From Vicugna vicugna (Eukaryota), in assembly GCA_013265495.1 (NCBI GenBank), contig MU058478.1:311816-375815 (forward strand): a stretch of 64,000 nucleotides of DNA, given 5' to 3'. A program made the position numbers and the translations under genes. Positions 1 to 12,390 of the stretch are shown here, one piece after another (within the stretch, counting starts at the first letter, position 1; each line of letters starts with the position of its first letter). Under the pieces are notes generated by a model, which made no database searches, was not told where the DNA came from, and saw nothing but the letters and a program-made list of their open reading frames with translations.

Positions 1-574
1 ACCTTTGAGACAAAAGAACAGTACATTTGTGAAGACTTGACAAGACAAAAGGATTGGACTAAAAGTAGTAAATGGTGGAGACAAAGTTTGTTTGCACAGC
101 CCTCTTGGCCCTAAAATCCCTGTTTCTGGAGGTAAGGACGCCTCCAGCCTCCTAGTACAGAGAGGGTACCTTTCACATGGGAGATTTATTCCCTGCTCTC
201 AGAAGGACAAAGGACGGTCAAGCACCTTTAATTCAAAATAATCACTATGCCAAATTGGAGTGTTTTATTTTTTATTTTTAATAGCCTTTATTTTTTAGAG
301 CAGTTTCAGGTTCACAGCAGAATTGAGCAGAAAATACAGAATTCGCACGTAGCCCTCCCCACCCACACATACATCCTCCCCGACCCTCAACATCCCTCGT
401 CAGTGTGGCATCTTTGGTACCATTGATGAACCACCATGGACACATTATTATCAACCAAAGTCCATACTTTACATGAGGGCTCACTCTTGATGTGCATTCC
501 ACGGGCTTTGAGAAACGCATAATGACACGGAGCAAAGTGGCGTGATTTGGGGTGACATGTTCTGAACTCTCACA
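1..574 (-). mobile_element. ERV1-class LTR (MER34/MER39-like), partial, interrupted by an L1MC fragment
   Basis: 'ttcaaaataatcactatgccaaa' and, after the insert, 'caaagtggcgtgatttggggtgacatgttctgaactctcaca' resemble the recalled reverse-strand 5' end of MER34/39 LTRs; ends in CA at 573-574. Confidence 0.6.
263..532 (-). mobile_element. L1MC1/2-like 3' end fragment
   Basis: T-rich tail then 'ttttagagcagtttcaggttcacagcagaattgagc...caaagtccatactttacatgagggctcactcttg', typical of L1MC 3' UTR. Confidence 0.8.
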
Positions 575-1871
575 CTTTAAATATTTACATACCACTATGT
601 ATTAGAAATTAGAATTTTATCACTGTTGCTAAAAAGAAACCCTTCTCGGGGGAGAAGGAACCAGTTCTCAACTCAGTATAAGATGATTTTTCTGATCATC
701 TCTCTGCGAAGACAGCCCAGCCTCAACGAGGACAGAGGTCCCCATGAAGGTAAACCTAAAGCAAAAACAATGATAATTGTAACAGCAGTGACTTCCTTCC
801 CCGTCTGTCGCACACACGAACCAGGTTTATGCTGGTGCTGGAGATGAGCTGAGCATTTGGCCCAAAAGATGAACTTGCTGCCCGTGGATGGGTGTCTGCG
901 AATCTGATTCTTACGGAACTGGATTCTGTGTCTTAATATTGTCAGCTGTTGGGAAGATGAAGCCACCTGAGAGATGCCCTCAGACAGCAGGTTTGGTGAA
1001 GTCAGTGTGGTCCATGTCGGCAGAGGACAATCTGCTTCCACAACACACATCTCAAGCAACAAGTCACTTGGAAATGTGTGTATTTATAGACCCACCTTAT
1101 TTGTCACAAGTAATTGTCATAACCTGGAAACCAATACATAAATAAAAACATCTACCAAAATAGGATTTTTTTTTCATGGTGTACCTCTTTTCCCAGCTCT
1201 GATTATAGTCGGAATGCATTGCTTTTAAGCGATGGATCGCCTCATTCTTTTTCACGTTTGTCGGAGAAGTGAATTTTGCGCTCTTGGCGGGAAAGTACAG
1301 AAAGTACAGAAGTTGTTGTCCAAAACTCAGACAGTGTCGGGCATCAGCTGCAATTCCAGTTCCACAATGATCGTTTAATAAGCTGTGAAGCACCAATGGG
1401 TACCCCACCCGGTAATTTCTGTGTCAGCGCAGATGGTGGGGAAATTCTGCCACGTGTACTTATAGGATTCAAAACTCAGCGTGTGTTTTGAGAGCTCTCA
1501 TTTATGATGGTTGAGTGCACGCATATCTCACACATTTAAAAATATTTGAAGCCCCATTAACACCTCGCTAACTGGACCTGCATCTTTCAGACAAATAAGT
1601 AAGAGACGGAGTGCTTCTCATGACTACGTCCCCTGAAGGTCCTGCCTCTCATGGTGTTTGTCTTTGTGAGTGAGCATTAAAAGCACCCCATGTACTTTCA
1701 AGAGACCAGCTCCAGGTTCATTTTCTTGTCCTGTGGACAAGACTGAAGGATATAATATTTGAAAGATTTTTTTTTTAATTTGAATTATAGCCCGAGTGTT
1801 GTCTTAGGTAATAGACATGGTTATAGCTGGTGAATACCATAGGGTCAAATTCTGATTCAAAATTTAAATTT

Positions 1872-2248
1872 TCAGTTTGCTAGCACTGTTGTCATAAATT
1901 ACCCCAGCAGACACTTCCGTCTCCAAGTTCTGGAGACTAGAAGCCCGAGACTGAGGTGTTTGTAAGGCTGGTTTCTTCCGACGCCTCATTCCTCGGCTTG
2001 TCGACGGCCACCTTCTCCCCTGTCCTCACATGGTCAGAAAGACCTCATCTCTTCTTACAAGAGCACCAGTCACACTGGATTAGAGTCTAGCCTCATGGCC
2101 TCATTTTACCTCAATTTCTTCTGTAAAGATCCCATTGTTTCCAAACACAGTCCCATTTTGACCTACCCGGGGTTAGATCTGAAGTTCACATGAATATGAA
2201 TTTTGGGGGAGTTATATGAATTTCGGAGGGTACAGTTTCGCCTAACAT
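1872..2248 (-). mobile_element. MaLR LTR (MLT1A/B/C-like)
   Basis: 'agttctggagactagaagcccgagactgaggtg...tcttcttacaagagcaccagtcacactggattag...tatgaattttggggga' matches the recalled MLT1 consensus. Confidence 0.85.
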
Positions 2249-2580
2249 CTACAAATTCACAACATTAAACACAGCAAAATAAACACACACCATACACTTA
2301 ACCTCCCTGCCACCTGCCTCTTTGTACGTTCTCCCATTTTTGTGCCTTGATAATAGTGGCTCAACCTGTAAGTCATGCTTAAAACATAAAGTGTGGATTC
2401 CAAAAACCCTTAGAGTTTCCAAAATGAGAAGATCAAAGGGAGAGCGTTTTGTCATAATATTTGGTGCTATAATATTTGGTATATTTGTCCTTAGTTCCTA
2501 AAATCACTCCAGAATCATAAAGGTGCAGTTAGTGTCCTATTATACATGGAGTAAGCCCCTCTTGATCACACTTGAGTTGA

Positions 2581-3549
2581 TGTCATGGGGGCCCATGGCC
2601 GGCTGCCCCCAAATGTGCCTCAGTGGCATATCAATCATTCTGAATTAAAGTCACTTAAAAAACAGCTGATATAAGAGAGACCCTCTGAGCCTCTGTTAAA
2701 GCAGGCAGGTAGCTAGCTGTGAGCAGAAGGGACACACGGGGCAAATGGCAGGAAACCACACATCATGTGGACAACAGGGGTCCCTGGGCAGACAGAGAAA
2801 AGTCCCCATCCTGCAATGACACCATGACACTTCCGATCCAGACTAAATAAGGACAAAAATCCCTCCTCCCTTTGGGAAGATGGAGCTGGGATGAAAATCA
2901 GAGAATATGACCCCAAACCCTTCCTTCCCCAATGAATATTCCACCCATTCATTTTTACACCCTGTGTAACTAACTTGCCAATGATACTTGGGGCAGCTGC
3001 TCACCTGAGTCTGTCCACTCCCTCCTTGAGAGTGTGTGTCCATCCCTTAATAAATCCTCTCTTTCCTTTCTTACCTCCATGTCTCATCTCTGAAATCTTT
3101 GTACTATGAGACAAGAATCTAATTGAAGGCAACACTTCCTCTGTATTAAAAGCAGGAAATTAATCTCTTGTACAGAAGGTGTGTGCCCTGCATCTGAAGG
3201 TAGAGAGACGATCTTATCACCAGGGGTAGGGAATCTGGGGCCACGAAGCTTGTATAAGCAAACCTTATTACTTCTTTAATTAACTAACCCTAGCCCAAAT
3301 TCTGTTTGGATCCTTAACTAAGTACCCGGAGCCTAAATGTGTTTATCCCATCAATTTCTCACCAATGTATTGTTTCCTTGTCTAAACGGCATAAAACCAC
3401 TTCTTATGTCCCATCTCTATGAGACCTCCATGTGCATGAATTAAAACGCATTTCTTTTTCTCCTGTTAATCTGTCTTGTGTGAATTTTGTTATTATTCCA
3501 GCCCCAAGAACTCAAGAGGAGTAGAGGTGAAATTTTCCCCTCTCCCACA
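2581..3549 (+). mobile_element. ERV1-class LTR (MER34/MER39-like) nested in the MER21-like LTR
   Basis: 'cccccaaatgtgcctcagtggcatatcaatcattctgaattaaag' at the start; 'ttttctcctgttaatctgtc...ttttcccctctcccaca' at the end. Confidence 0.65.
2694..3134 (+). mobile_element. Solo LTR of unassigned family, innermost of the nest
   Basis: TGTT...AACA termini, AATAAA at 3049-3054, 4-bp flanks cctc/cttc (one mismatch). Confidence 0.7.
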
Positions 3550-6500
3550 ATGTAAATTAAGTTACTTTTGAAAAGACCCTGAGGATGGAGGCCAGTTGCC
3601 AAGGGAGCAAATCTTGTGATTAGAGGGTTGGAATTTTCAGCCCCTCTGCCCCACCTCTGGGGAGGAGAGAGAGGCTGGAGATTGAGTTCCAGTCCTCAGT
3701 GACCAAGATTAGGGATTGAACCAACCATGCCTAAGCAGGGAAAGTCATCCAAAATAGTAATAAAAACCCCAAAGGATGGGTTAGGTGATGGCGGCAGGAG
3801 ACAGCGATGAACCCAGAAGGCATGGAAGTTCTATGCCCCTCTGCACACCTTGCTTTTCACACCTCTTCCATCAGGCTGTTCCTGAGTTGCATCCTTTCTA
3901 TTAAGTTGGTAATCTAGCTTGCAAATGCTTCTCTGAGTTCTGTGAGCCAATCTAGCAAATTAACTGAACCTCAGGAAGGGGTCATGGGAGCCTGTGATCT
4001 ATAGTCTGTCCATCAGGTGCATGGGTGTGATTGGTATCTGAAGTGGAGGGGGCAGTCTTGTGGGGCTGAGTCTTACCCTGTGGGATTTTATGCTGTCTCC
4101 AGGTAGACAGTGTCAGAGCTGAGTCATTGCTTGCTGCTGCTGGAGAAAACACATGTGGAAGTTAATTATCCTACCTGTTCTGATGCAAGATGATCTAGCG
4201 TTGGGAATGGGTCCAGTTGCTTCTTCCAGAGTTAGAAATTGTGCAAACAGCTTTTTCAACTCTATTTCCAGACACGCTGTAAATATTTAAATGTTAAGCA
4301 TTTTACTCATGAAAAGCACTATCAGCTCTCAGGTTAAATGGACTGATTATTTGATCACATTGAACGATGCTTTATTTTTCAAAATACGAGTGGAGATGTC
4401 ATTTCATACATGTCGGTACAATGGCTGTTGACTTTTCTGGTGAAGCATTTCTCTTAAAGGACATGATACACAGACGTATGCCAAAAATGTGATTTATCTT
4501 TTTTGCTTTCTTTTATCAAAGTAGTAAATGAGGGCGGCGAGTAATTTCCTGGGAACACTCAGGTCTCATCATTTGCATACCACAGCTGTCTCTGCTTGGA
4601 AGAAATCCCTCCAAAAAATTTCTTCCGTGCATCCTCTAAAATCACAGAAAATCTGCACAATCTACACTTTCTTTTGAATGGATTGAGATCAAGGTCCAGA
4701 ACACATTCTGTCCTTTTGGGACGCCTTGAATCTGATTTCTGAACATGAGAGCCCCCTCTTCCTTCCATTTCAGTTATACATACTAATAGCACTTTTCAGC
4801 TTAGTATTCTTCTTTTATTATTCGCTGAGGGATTCATGGGTTATAGTCTTTATTTCCACCCCCCCAAAGAAAAGCAGGCACGTGGTCACCTTTATAGAAT
4901 CCAGACTCCAGGCGAAGTCCATAAAAATTGTTCCATAAATGTCTGCTCATTGCCTGATTAGATCATATGATTTTACTGCAGCCACTCTGCCTTGTAATCA
5001 CGCTTTATTTATTCCATTATGAAAATGACTCCGAACGTCCTCCCTGAGCAGCGGAGACATCCCTTAAGAAGTGATCCGGGAACAAATGGTACCCAAGGTG
5101 GTGCAGATCGGGCAGGAAGGCGACCTGTGAACAGCACACAGTCAGATAATCTGCCCGGAGGTGGCCTCGACTTGATGGAGTTTCCAAAGTTGCTTTCTGC
5201 AGAAAGATGAATTTCATTTTTTAAAAAAACTCAGCCTCCTTTTCTAATGACTAAGACAGAATTTACGTGCTTAATGCCTTGTAAAACTCATGGGCACTAT
5301 GAAATCTGTGATTGAAGTGTGACTCTTATCACATCATGGTTTATGCATTCATATTCAGAGTTTTTAAGCCGCAAAACAATTGCGACTCCACAAATTAACC
5401 ACTTAGCCTGTAAGTAGCATGTACGTAATTAATCTGGGGATTTCATATCTTTGACCCCTTATTTGAAAATCTATGGAATAAATGAATTCACTCATCCTCC
5501 TGCAAGTGCAAAGGAAAGCACTACTGAACAACAGAACGACCCAATACAGACAAAATTCACAGCCTTTTTCTAAGAAGCCTTTCATTCAAATTTGACACCT
5601 CGAAAACAAAAGCTAAATTGAACAGGTCGTCTTCTGGACTGTCCTTCCACTGAAAGTTCTGGCAATATATCAAAACAAGTTGGATGCAAGGAAATAAGCG
5701 TTCAAACAAATGTAAAATGATTCTGTTAATACAATGGACAATATAAACACAAGTATATTACACCACTCGTCAACCGTTACGTGTCAAATAGGGCGCCGTG
5801 AAAACACACAGAAATATTGTATTTCATGAGAAATGTCAGGAAAATCTAACCACAACACGGCAGCGAAGATAGAATTGTTTATTTGCTTTGCTTTCGTCTG
5901 ACTTAGTCAACGGACCATAAACAGCAGTAAAGAAAAAACAAATAAATAATATAGCTGACTTCGATCTAATATATAAAAGCATAAAGGTGCCGGGAGGAAA
6001 TATTTATATAGCAAATACCTCTGTAGCCGTGGGAAGAGACAGATCTTAGTGTGCTGAGCCTTAAAAGAAGAAAACTTGCTGGAGAAAAAAAATTAGCTTT
6101 GAGTCTATGGGATTTATAAAGTTCTGCATCATGAAAAATAAAAACAGTATATTAAAACATACACTTAGATATAGGTAATGGGTATGAGATAAGGGTGAAG
6201 GAACTTAAAATCTATGGAGCTGCAAGCAATCATAAGAAAAGTATTCTAACAGAGATCAAGGAAAGATCTTGGGCAGATAACTGACAAAATAAACTTAATG
6301 AACTGATGGATATATGAACGCAGGTTCAACACTCCTAGTATCCGAACCTGGGTTACATCAGACAAGTGTCCCAGAGAATCATCTGGGGGAAAATTTATCT
6401 GACAGTGCAATCTTATGCCTTTGATGGCCTCCGGCTTATTACCAGGGGTTGTTGCAAGAGCCAATCACAAGATCCATCTTGACGATAAATAGGACACGAT

Positions 6501-7188
6501 TTATCTGCTCAGAAATGTGTTGGAACAGGAGAATCCAGAAAAACACCCTTCCTTCGATGGTTTCCTAAAATAAGTTTTCTAACTGATGTTGTGGTGACAT
6601 GACTTCCCCGTTTTGGTAATTCAAGAGGAACGTTTGTATAGTAATGCTCGTATAAACATCCTCATAGTCAGGAAACCCATTGAGTGGGTCTGAGTGACTC
6701 CCAGACTTTTTTGAACACAGGACCCCCGACTGGCGTCGCCTGTAAAGACGTGGAGTGGAATCAGGTGGACAGCGATGGCATTAAGTCTAAACAAAGCTCC
6801 CTGGGTCGCTTCAAATAACCCAGGGCCCTACTGTCTCATGCTGCCCGTGGCTCAGGCGAATGTGTTTAACAGTGTTTACAGGCAAGGCCATGCCACTGAG
6901 GAAACGGAAGCTTATCCCAGCTCTTAAATTAGGCAAATAACTGATTTCCATTCCCTTTGAATGACCAACCGGCTCTTGTGAAGACACGCCAACCATCTTG
7001 GAAGTCATGGAGTTTAAAAGCATGATTTCCACTTCTGTTACCGATTATCAATTATTAGAAATGTATGTAACAGATTATTAATTTTCACTTGGCGTGACAT
7101 TTTCTAAGTGTTTTCATCCGAATGCTATTTTCAGAAAGGCTGGAGCAACGAGTGTTTTTGTGTGCACGGCTATTCTGAATTGTACACG

Positions 7189-7648
7189 GTCGCAAAGATT
7201 CTTTTTTTTCGCCCAAACTTTATTTGAGCTCCAGAACCTTCTCCTGGTCTGATCTGTGCACGTCACTGGTCAAATCCAGTTTTAGCAAGAACTCTGCCAA
7301 GTCAGTTTAGCAGGAACCCCTCCACCCTTGTTATCTGATCAATGTCAACAGATGATCAGTCTTCGTTTTCCGCTATCTCCCCGCTGGTGTCTGACCTCCC
7401 TGGCCTGCCTTCAGCGAGAATTCTGTCTGGTCAGTTCAGCTGGAATCTCCCTTGACCCAGAGGTTTCCTTCCAGTGGTTTCCATCCACTGACTCCTACCC
7501 TGCTCCTTGGTTCTAAATTCCCACTCGCCCATGCTGTGTTCAGAATGAGCCTGGTTCTACTCTGAGGTCTTTTCTCCCCAGTTGCAATAGTCGTACATAA
7601 AATCTCTTATCACTTTCAATGCTGCCCAGCTCTTCCTTTTCTTTGCCA
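7189..7648 (+). mobile_element. MER31-like ERV1 LTR
   Basis: 'cagttttagcaagaactctgccaagtcagtttagcaggaacccc' and 'cctggcctgccttcagcgagaattctg' match recalled MER31. Confidence 0.8.
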
Positions 7649-9559
7649 AGGTACATACACAAAAATAAACATAGTTTTACTAAAAAACTTTACTTTGGGT
7701 GCTTATGATCTATACTTCAATATTTATAAAGTTTACCACAAAGAGTTTTTTTTAATCTAGACCAAATCCAAGATTAGCTTAACGGTATATTTTACTCTTT
7801 ACTTGGAAAGAAAAAAAAAAGGTGTCTAAATGTGGGTTTTTAGCCTTAGAGATTTATTTTAAAACATTTGCTGAAAAATGCCTCTTTATCCCACAACTTT
7901 GAAATAGTCTCAGAAGAATATTATGTAAGGAACAAAAACTTTCTGAGTCTGCTGAATGTTGAGAACAAATGGTTATTTAATATTATTTTGCAATAGAAAA
8001 AAAATACAGTCCAAATTCAAATAAATTGCATATTCCTTCATTTTTTTAAATTTTTTTCAATGTGAAATCTAAAGTATAATTTTACAAAAGACTATAGCTG
8101 TCTATAATCCTATATATATATAATTTTACTATGTATATAAACACATTTCTTTTACATATCTATTTAATATGCTATATATTAATTATTATATATGGAGTAT
8201 AGAGTAGATTACTAGATCTTAAGAAAATAATTAGTAATACTCATTTGAAGATTTATATACATCATTATTTTTCAAATGTCCATTCTATCCACTAATGAAC
8301 ACAAAGGAATTCATCCAGTCATTAACCTACAACATTACTACATGGCACTGAAAACACAATCTTTTAAGATCCCTGAATATGAATTTGGTAGATTTTTATC
8401 TGATAGACATTAAGATGATGCCTGTTTTTATTAAATATTCCTGGTGAATTATTTGATCATGATTTTAGGCATGCTATTGCCCTAACCATTAGAATTATAA
8501 ATAAACTTGGCAGACTTTCTTGGAAAATTGGGTTGCTTTTTCCACTAAAGCCACAGACGAGGAGCTCAAAAAGTGGATTTTGTGGATTTTTTTGCAAAAC
8601 CCAAAGTCATTCTCACTGGACATTTTATATATTATGTTTTTAGAACAAAACACTGGATGAATAGTCACTAATCAGGCCACATTCAAACATATTTATCTAT
8701 GAGTTTGAATTAAGGTAGGCTCAAGAGGGAATTAAAAACAAGGAATTGTTTTGGTTACTCATATTTTTGAAACCCTTAACGTACCTCAAGGCTATTACAT
8801 TTTGAGAACCACACATGTTGAACTAAAATATTTGAGTACTTGAATTAGAAACAAAAATAGCAAATTATCCATGAGTTTGAGCTCATGTCCTTTAATCTTA
8901 CTCACCTTCACGGTATAACTGCGTTCTGTTTATTTTGTTGTAATTTTTCTAAAATGTTGGTAAAATGCTTAGTGTCCTGAAAGAGGCGGTTATCTTTAAT
9001 TTCTTCATCTACCCAATTTGTTTTGTTAAAAAGATGTTTTGCTCGTAAGTCGCATTGCACAGGTTTCCTTTCCAAATAGAGTTGCAAACGTTATCAATTT
9101 ATAACTGGTGTGTTTAATATGATTAAAACTCCCTGCCCAATTATAATGCAACTTTTCTCTCTCTCTCCCTCTCTCTCTCATTGTCACTGTAAATTATATT
9201 CATGGGGTGGGGGCAGTGTTTCCCTGCCTCTGGGAACATTGTAGTAGATTCCGCTTCTGTTTTTGCCTGATTTTGCAAACCAACAAAGCACACTTATCTT
9301 TTACCCAAGGGTTTCAATTCATTAACAAAACTGTCCACTGGCATATGGTTCACAAGATGTTAACCTTGGCTTATGATTAAGTGTCACTCTCACCAGCAAA
9401 CCAGGGGGACGAGGTCAGGCCCCTTGATCTCTAGTCTTCCCACCATTTTCTCTGTGGCTGCCACCTGCTCCCACTGCAGTGTCAAAGCAGGCAGAGGGAG
9501 AGAAACTGGGGGTGTCACAGCTCACAGCTCCCATCAGATTAAATGTCAGGTGGTTCCAA

Positions 9560-11330
9560 CTTCAGAAAAGGCAGAGCAGCTCCATTCTCCATCTCTTACA
9601 ACTAAAAATACCTGGATATAGCAAAGCAAATAAGGATAGAAAAAAGCTCTGAAAGGTCAAAAGAAGGAGGGCTTTCCAGGGATCCCAGGAAATGAAAAAT
9701 CACCCGATGCCGAGTCCTCTGCATGTGTGTTTGTGTGTTTGTTTTTATTGCATCCCATATCCTGGACAGGACACTGTGGAAGTCTTCAACCTGGAACTCC
9801 CAGCAGGATCAGACAAAAATAGCTCCAAGAAAAGCCTGTGGTCTCTAGCCATAGGATGAGGAAAAGTGGGTTTGACAGAACAGAAAGCTTCGGCATCCCC
9901 CACTCTGTTCCGAACACCAATAGGGAAATGGCATTTCCCCCCGAGTCCCCCCAGCTCTCTGCAGTTTCAGGGAAGTGGTCTTCCATTCCAACAGTTCAAT
10001 GCATGGAAGCAAGTGGCAGTGTTCCAATCCCCTTGCACCGTGACGTCAACAGCCAAGCAGGCCATTGATCTGCTTCCTCCTATACACGACAGAATCAGGC
10101 AGCAGCACTCTGGTTCCCCGGACAAGATGGTGCCAATCGGGCAGGTTGGGGAGCCAATCTCCAATCTCCTTCTTTGTGAAAGCAGGCTGACCTCCAATTA
10201 CACTAGGTAGTTTTGTCAGAGTCCAGCACGAGCTGAGCCTCCACCCCGACTTGGCATCAATAGGTTTGAACATGAACATCCAGCATTTGATGTGGCCCTC
10301 AGCCATGGTGTTAGCACGGCCCAGGAGGGAGCTGACCCTACACTCCAACCTTGTAGAAGTGAGACAGAGCATGACGGTGCGATGTGAGGCTGGGCAGTAC
10401 TCTGGCTCCCAATGCTGTTCCCACGTAGCTTAGACTCCGTGCAGAGCTGAGCCTCTGTTTCCCCCACATGGCATCTGTGAGGCAGTATGAGATGGTGGGG
10501 GGCAAAGCTAGCTGGTATTCTGTTTCCTTCTCCCCCCACCCCCCCATGTTGTTATCAGGAACCAGCAGAAGCTGAGTCTGCAGACCCACCTTGCAGCAGC
10601 GAAGCAATGTGAGTCCACCTTCCATTGGCCCTCTCACTGCTGCAGTCCAGGACAGAGGGGAATTAAGCTTACACTTCAGCTCAGAGCCAAAGAGGCAGCG
10701 TGAGTAGGTGACGTACTTTGAAGGTGTGGATGCAGGGAAGCTAAACTTCTACACTTACTCACTTGCAATGAAACTGTGTCAGTGTGAATGAATTCCGGTG
10801 TTGCCAGAACCTAGGAAGACTGAATCTTGAATGGTACACCACAACAGAAAACGATTTAAAAAAATAGTTTAAATAAAATTGACACAACATTGTAAACTGA
10901 CTATAAATCAATAAAAAAAGCTAAACTATTCTAAAAACCAAAATCAACACTGATAAAAGCTTTTGAAAATTAAAAAAAATAGTTTAAATAGAATAATAGA
11001 ATCCTGAGACTTACAATATTATAACTAAGATATGACTTGGATGCAATCGGAAAATCAGCCATTAATGACTAAACCAGGAGGTTCACAGCTTGAATGAAAT
11101 GCAACAATCAACAGACGCCAACATCAAGATGAAATAGATGTTGACACTATTGGCCAAGGAGTTTTAAAACAGCCAAGCTAAGAATGCTTCAGGAAGAAAT
11201 TACCAGTCCTGTTGAAACAAATGAGAGAGAAAAAATAGAAAAGTCTAGTAGAGAAAAAGACATGAAAAGAAAGAACCAAATAGAAATTATGAATTGAAAA
11301 ATAAAATGACTGCAATTTAAAAAAAAATGA
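9560..11330 (+). mobile_element. Old L1M 5' UTR and ORF1 remnant
   Basis: 11040-11320 is A-rich ORF1-like sequence ('aagaaccaaatagaaattatgaattgaaaaataaaatgactgc'); upstream GC-richer segment resembles an L1M 5' end. Confidence 0.55.
10876..10972 (+). mobile_element. Very short, 5'-truncated young L1 insertion with an 18-bp TSD
   Basis: TSD aaaaaaatagtttaaata at 10858-10875 and 10973-10990; insert starts with the L1 terminal motif also seen reverse-complemented at ~58350-58405. Confidence 0.8.
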
Positions 11331-11780
11331 TTGGCGGGTGAGGAGGGAGATTAGGAGTGACTGTAAATGGGTGTGGGGTTCTTTGAGGGGTTATAAAAAT
11401 GTTCCGAGATGGTGGTGAGGATTCCACAACTCTGAGTCTCCTAAAACCTACGGAATGGTACATATTAAAAAAGATGAACTTTAATGGTGTCTGAATTATA
11501 TCTCAATAAAAGTTTTATAGAAAATGATATAAGACTAAACACAAAAACACATGAGTGTAAGTAAAACTGGATAAATCTGAATGAGGTTCATGATTTTTAT
11601 CAATGTCAGTATCTTGGTTATAATATTGTTATTGAAGTTTTGCAATATGTTACCATCGTGGAAGCACGATGATTTTATTTATTTATTTTAATTGCTATTT
11701 TATAAATTTATTTTTATTATTTATTGTTGATGATTTTAAAAACTGGATATGAATTTATAACTACCTCAAAATGTATTTAA
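11330..11780 (+). mobile_element. Two old L1M 3' end fragments (L1MB-like, then L1MC/MD-like)
   Basis: 'tgaattatatctcaataaa' terminus at ~11510; 'tatcaatgtcagtatcttggtt...gttttgcaatatgttaccat'. Confidence 0.7.
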
Positions 11781-12214
11781 AGCATTTTAATAAGAATGAA
11801 AGAATAAATTGATTCTAATTAAACTTAAGAAGAAGAGAACGAAATTAGTAAAAAGAGTAAAAAGAGAAGGAGGACTCGGGGAATTAACCTGTTTCTTTCC
11901 TAAGTGTCTGCACACAGTGGAAGCCTAGGGCAGAGAAGGGAGCATCTTGCCTATTTTGGGGGACAGAGAGGAGCTCCCACAAAGAGCTTTATCCAGACAT
12001 ATTATTCTCAGAAAATCTCTCCTTTCTTGAAGTGACAAAAGGCCTCAGGAGTTCCATGACCGGCCCTTGGCGGTGTCCCCTTATACACATCCCTGTTGGC
12101 CATTGACAGGAGGTCACACCCATTTTGGTACTCAGTTAGCGCTCAAAGACAACGTGGTACCAGTCCCCTGCCAATGACCCTTAAAGTGCATAAAAGGACA
12201 CTTTGCATCGCACA

Positions 12215-12390
12215 CTTGTTAAAAACAGCCAAACAGATTTTTTGCAAATTACTGCAACAGGGGAGAGAGACTTTTGAGTGAGAGTGAACTCAACTCCAGA
12301 TACAGCAAAGACACCTGCGGATTTATACACACAAGGGCTAAGGTCAAAGCCAAATTGAGAAGTCTCAGACGATGCTGATCAAAGTTTACT
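12215..12390 (-). mobile_element. MER31/MER67-like LTR fragment
   Basis: 'actgcaacaggggagagagac...ctcaactccagatacagca' resembles the reverse of the 3' part of the element at 7189-7648. Confidence 0.5.

Larger units (their letters stand above)
2450..4160 (+). mobile_element. MER21-like LTR, split by nested LTRs at ~2581-3549
   Basis: 'gattagagggttggaattttcagcccc', 'ctgagttctgtgagccaatctagcaaattaactgaacc' and 'ctccaggtagacagtgtcaga' match MER21; 5' part at 2450-2580. Confidence 0.8.

Noticed and set aside
8907..9090. Minus-strand open frame near a strong donor (GAAG|GTGAGT)
   Set aside because: The long frame stops just before the donor, the acceptor is weak and the peptide is unrecognised
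10041..10048. Full CRE palindrome TGACGTCA (also 56278-56285)
   Set aside because: Isolated 8-mers inside decayed repeats with no promoter context
9786..10637. Cluster of overlapping ORFs on both strands
   Set aside because: GC-richer decayed L1M 5' region has fewer stops; no recognisable protein
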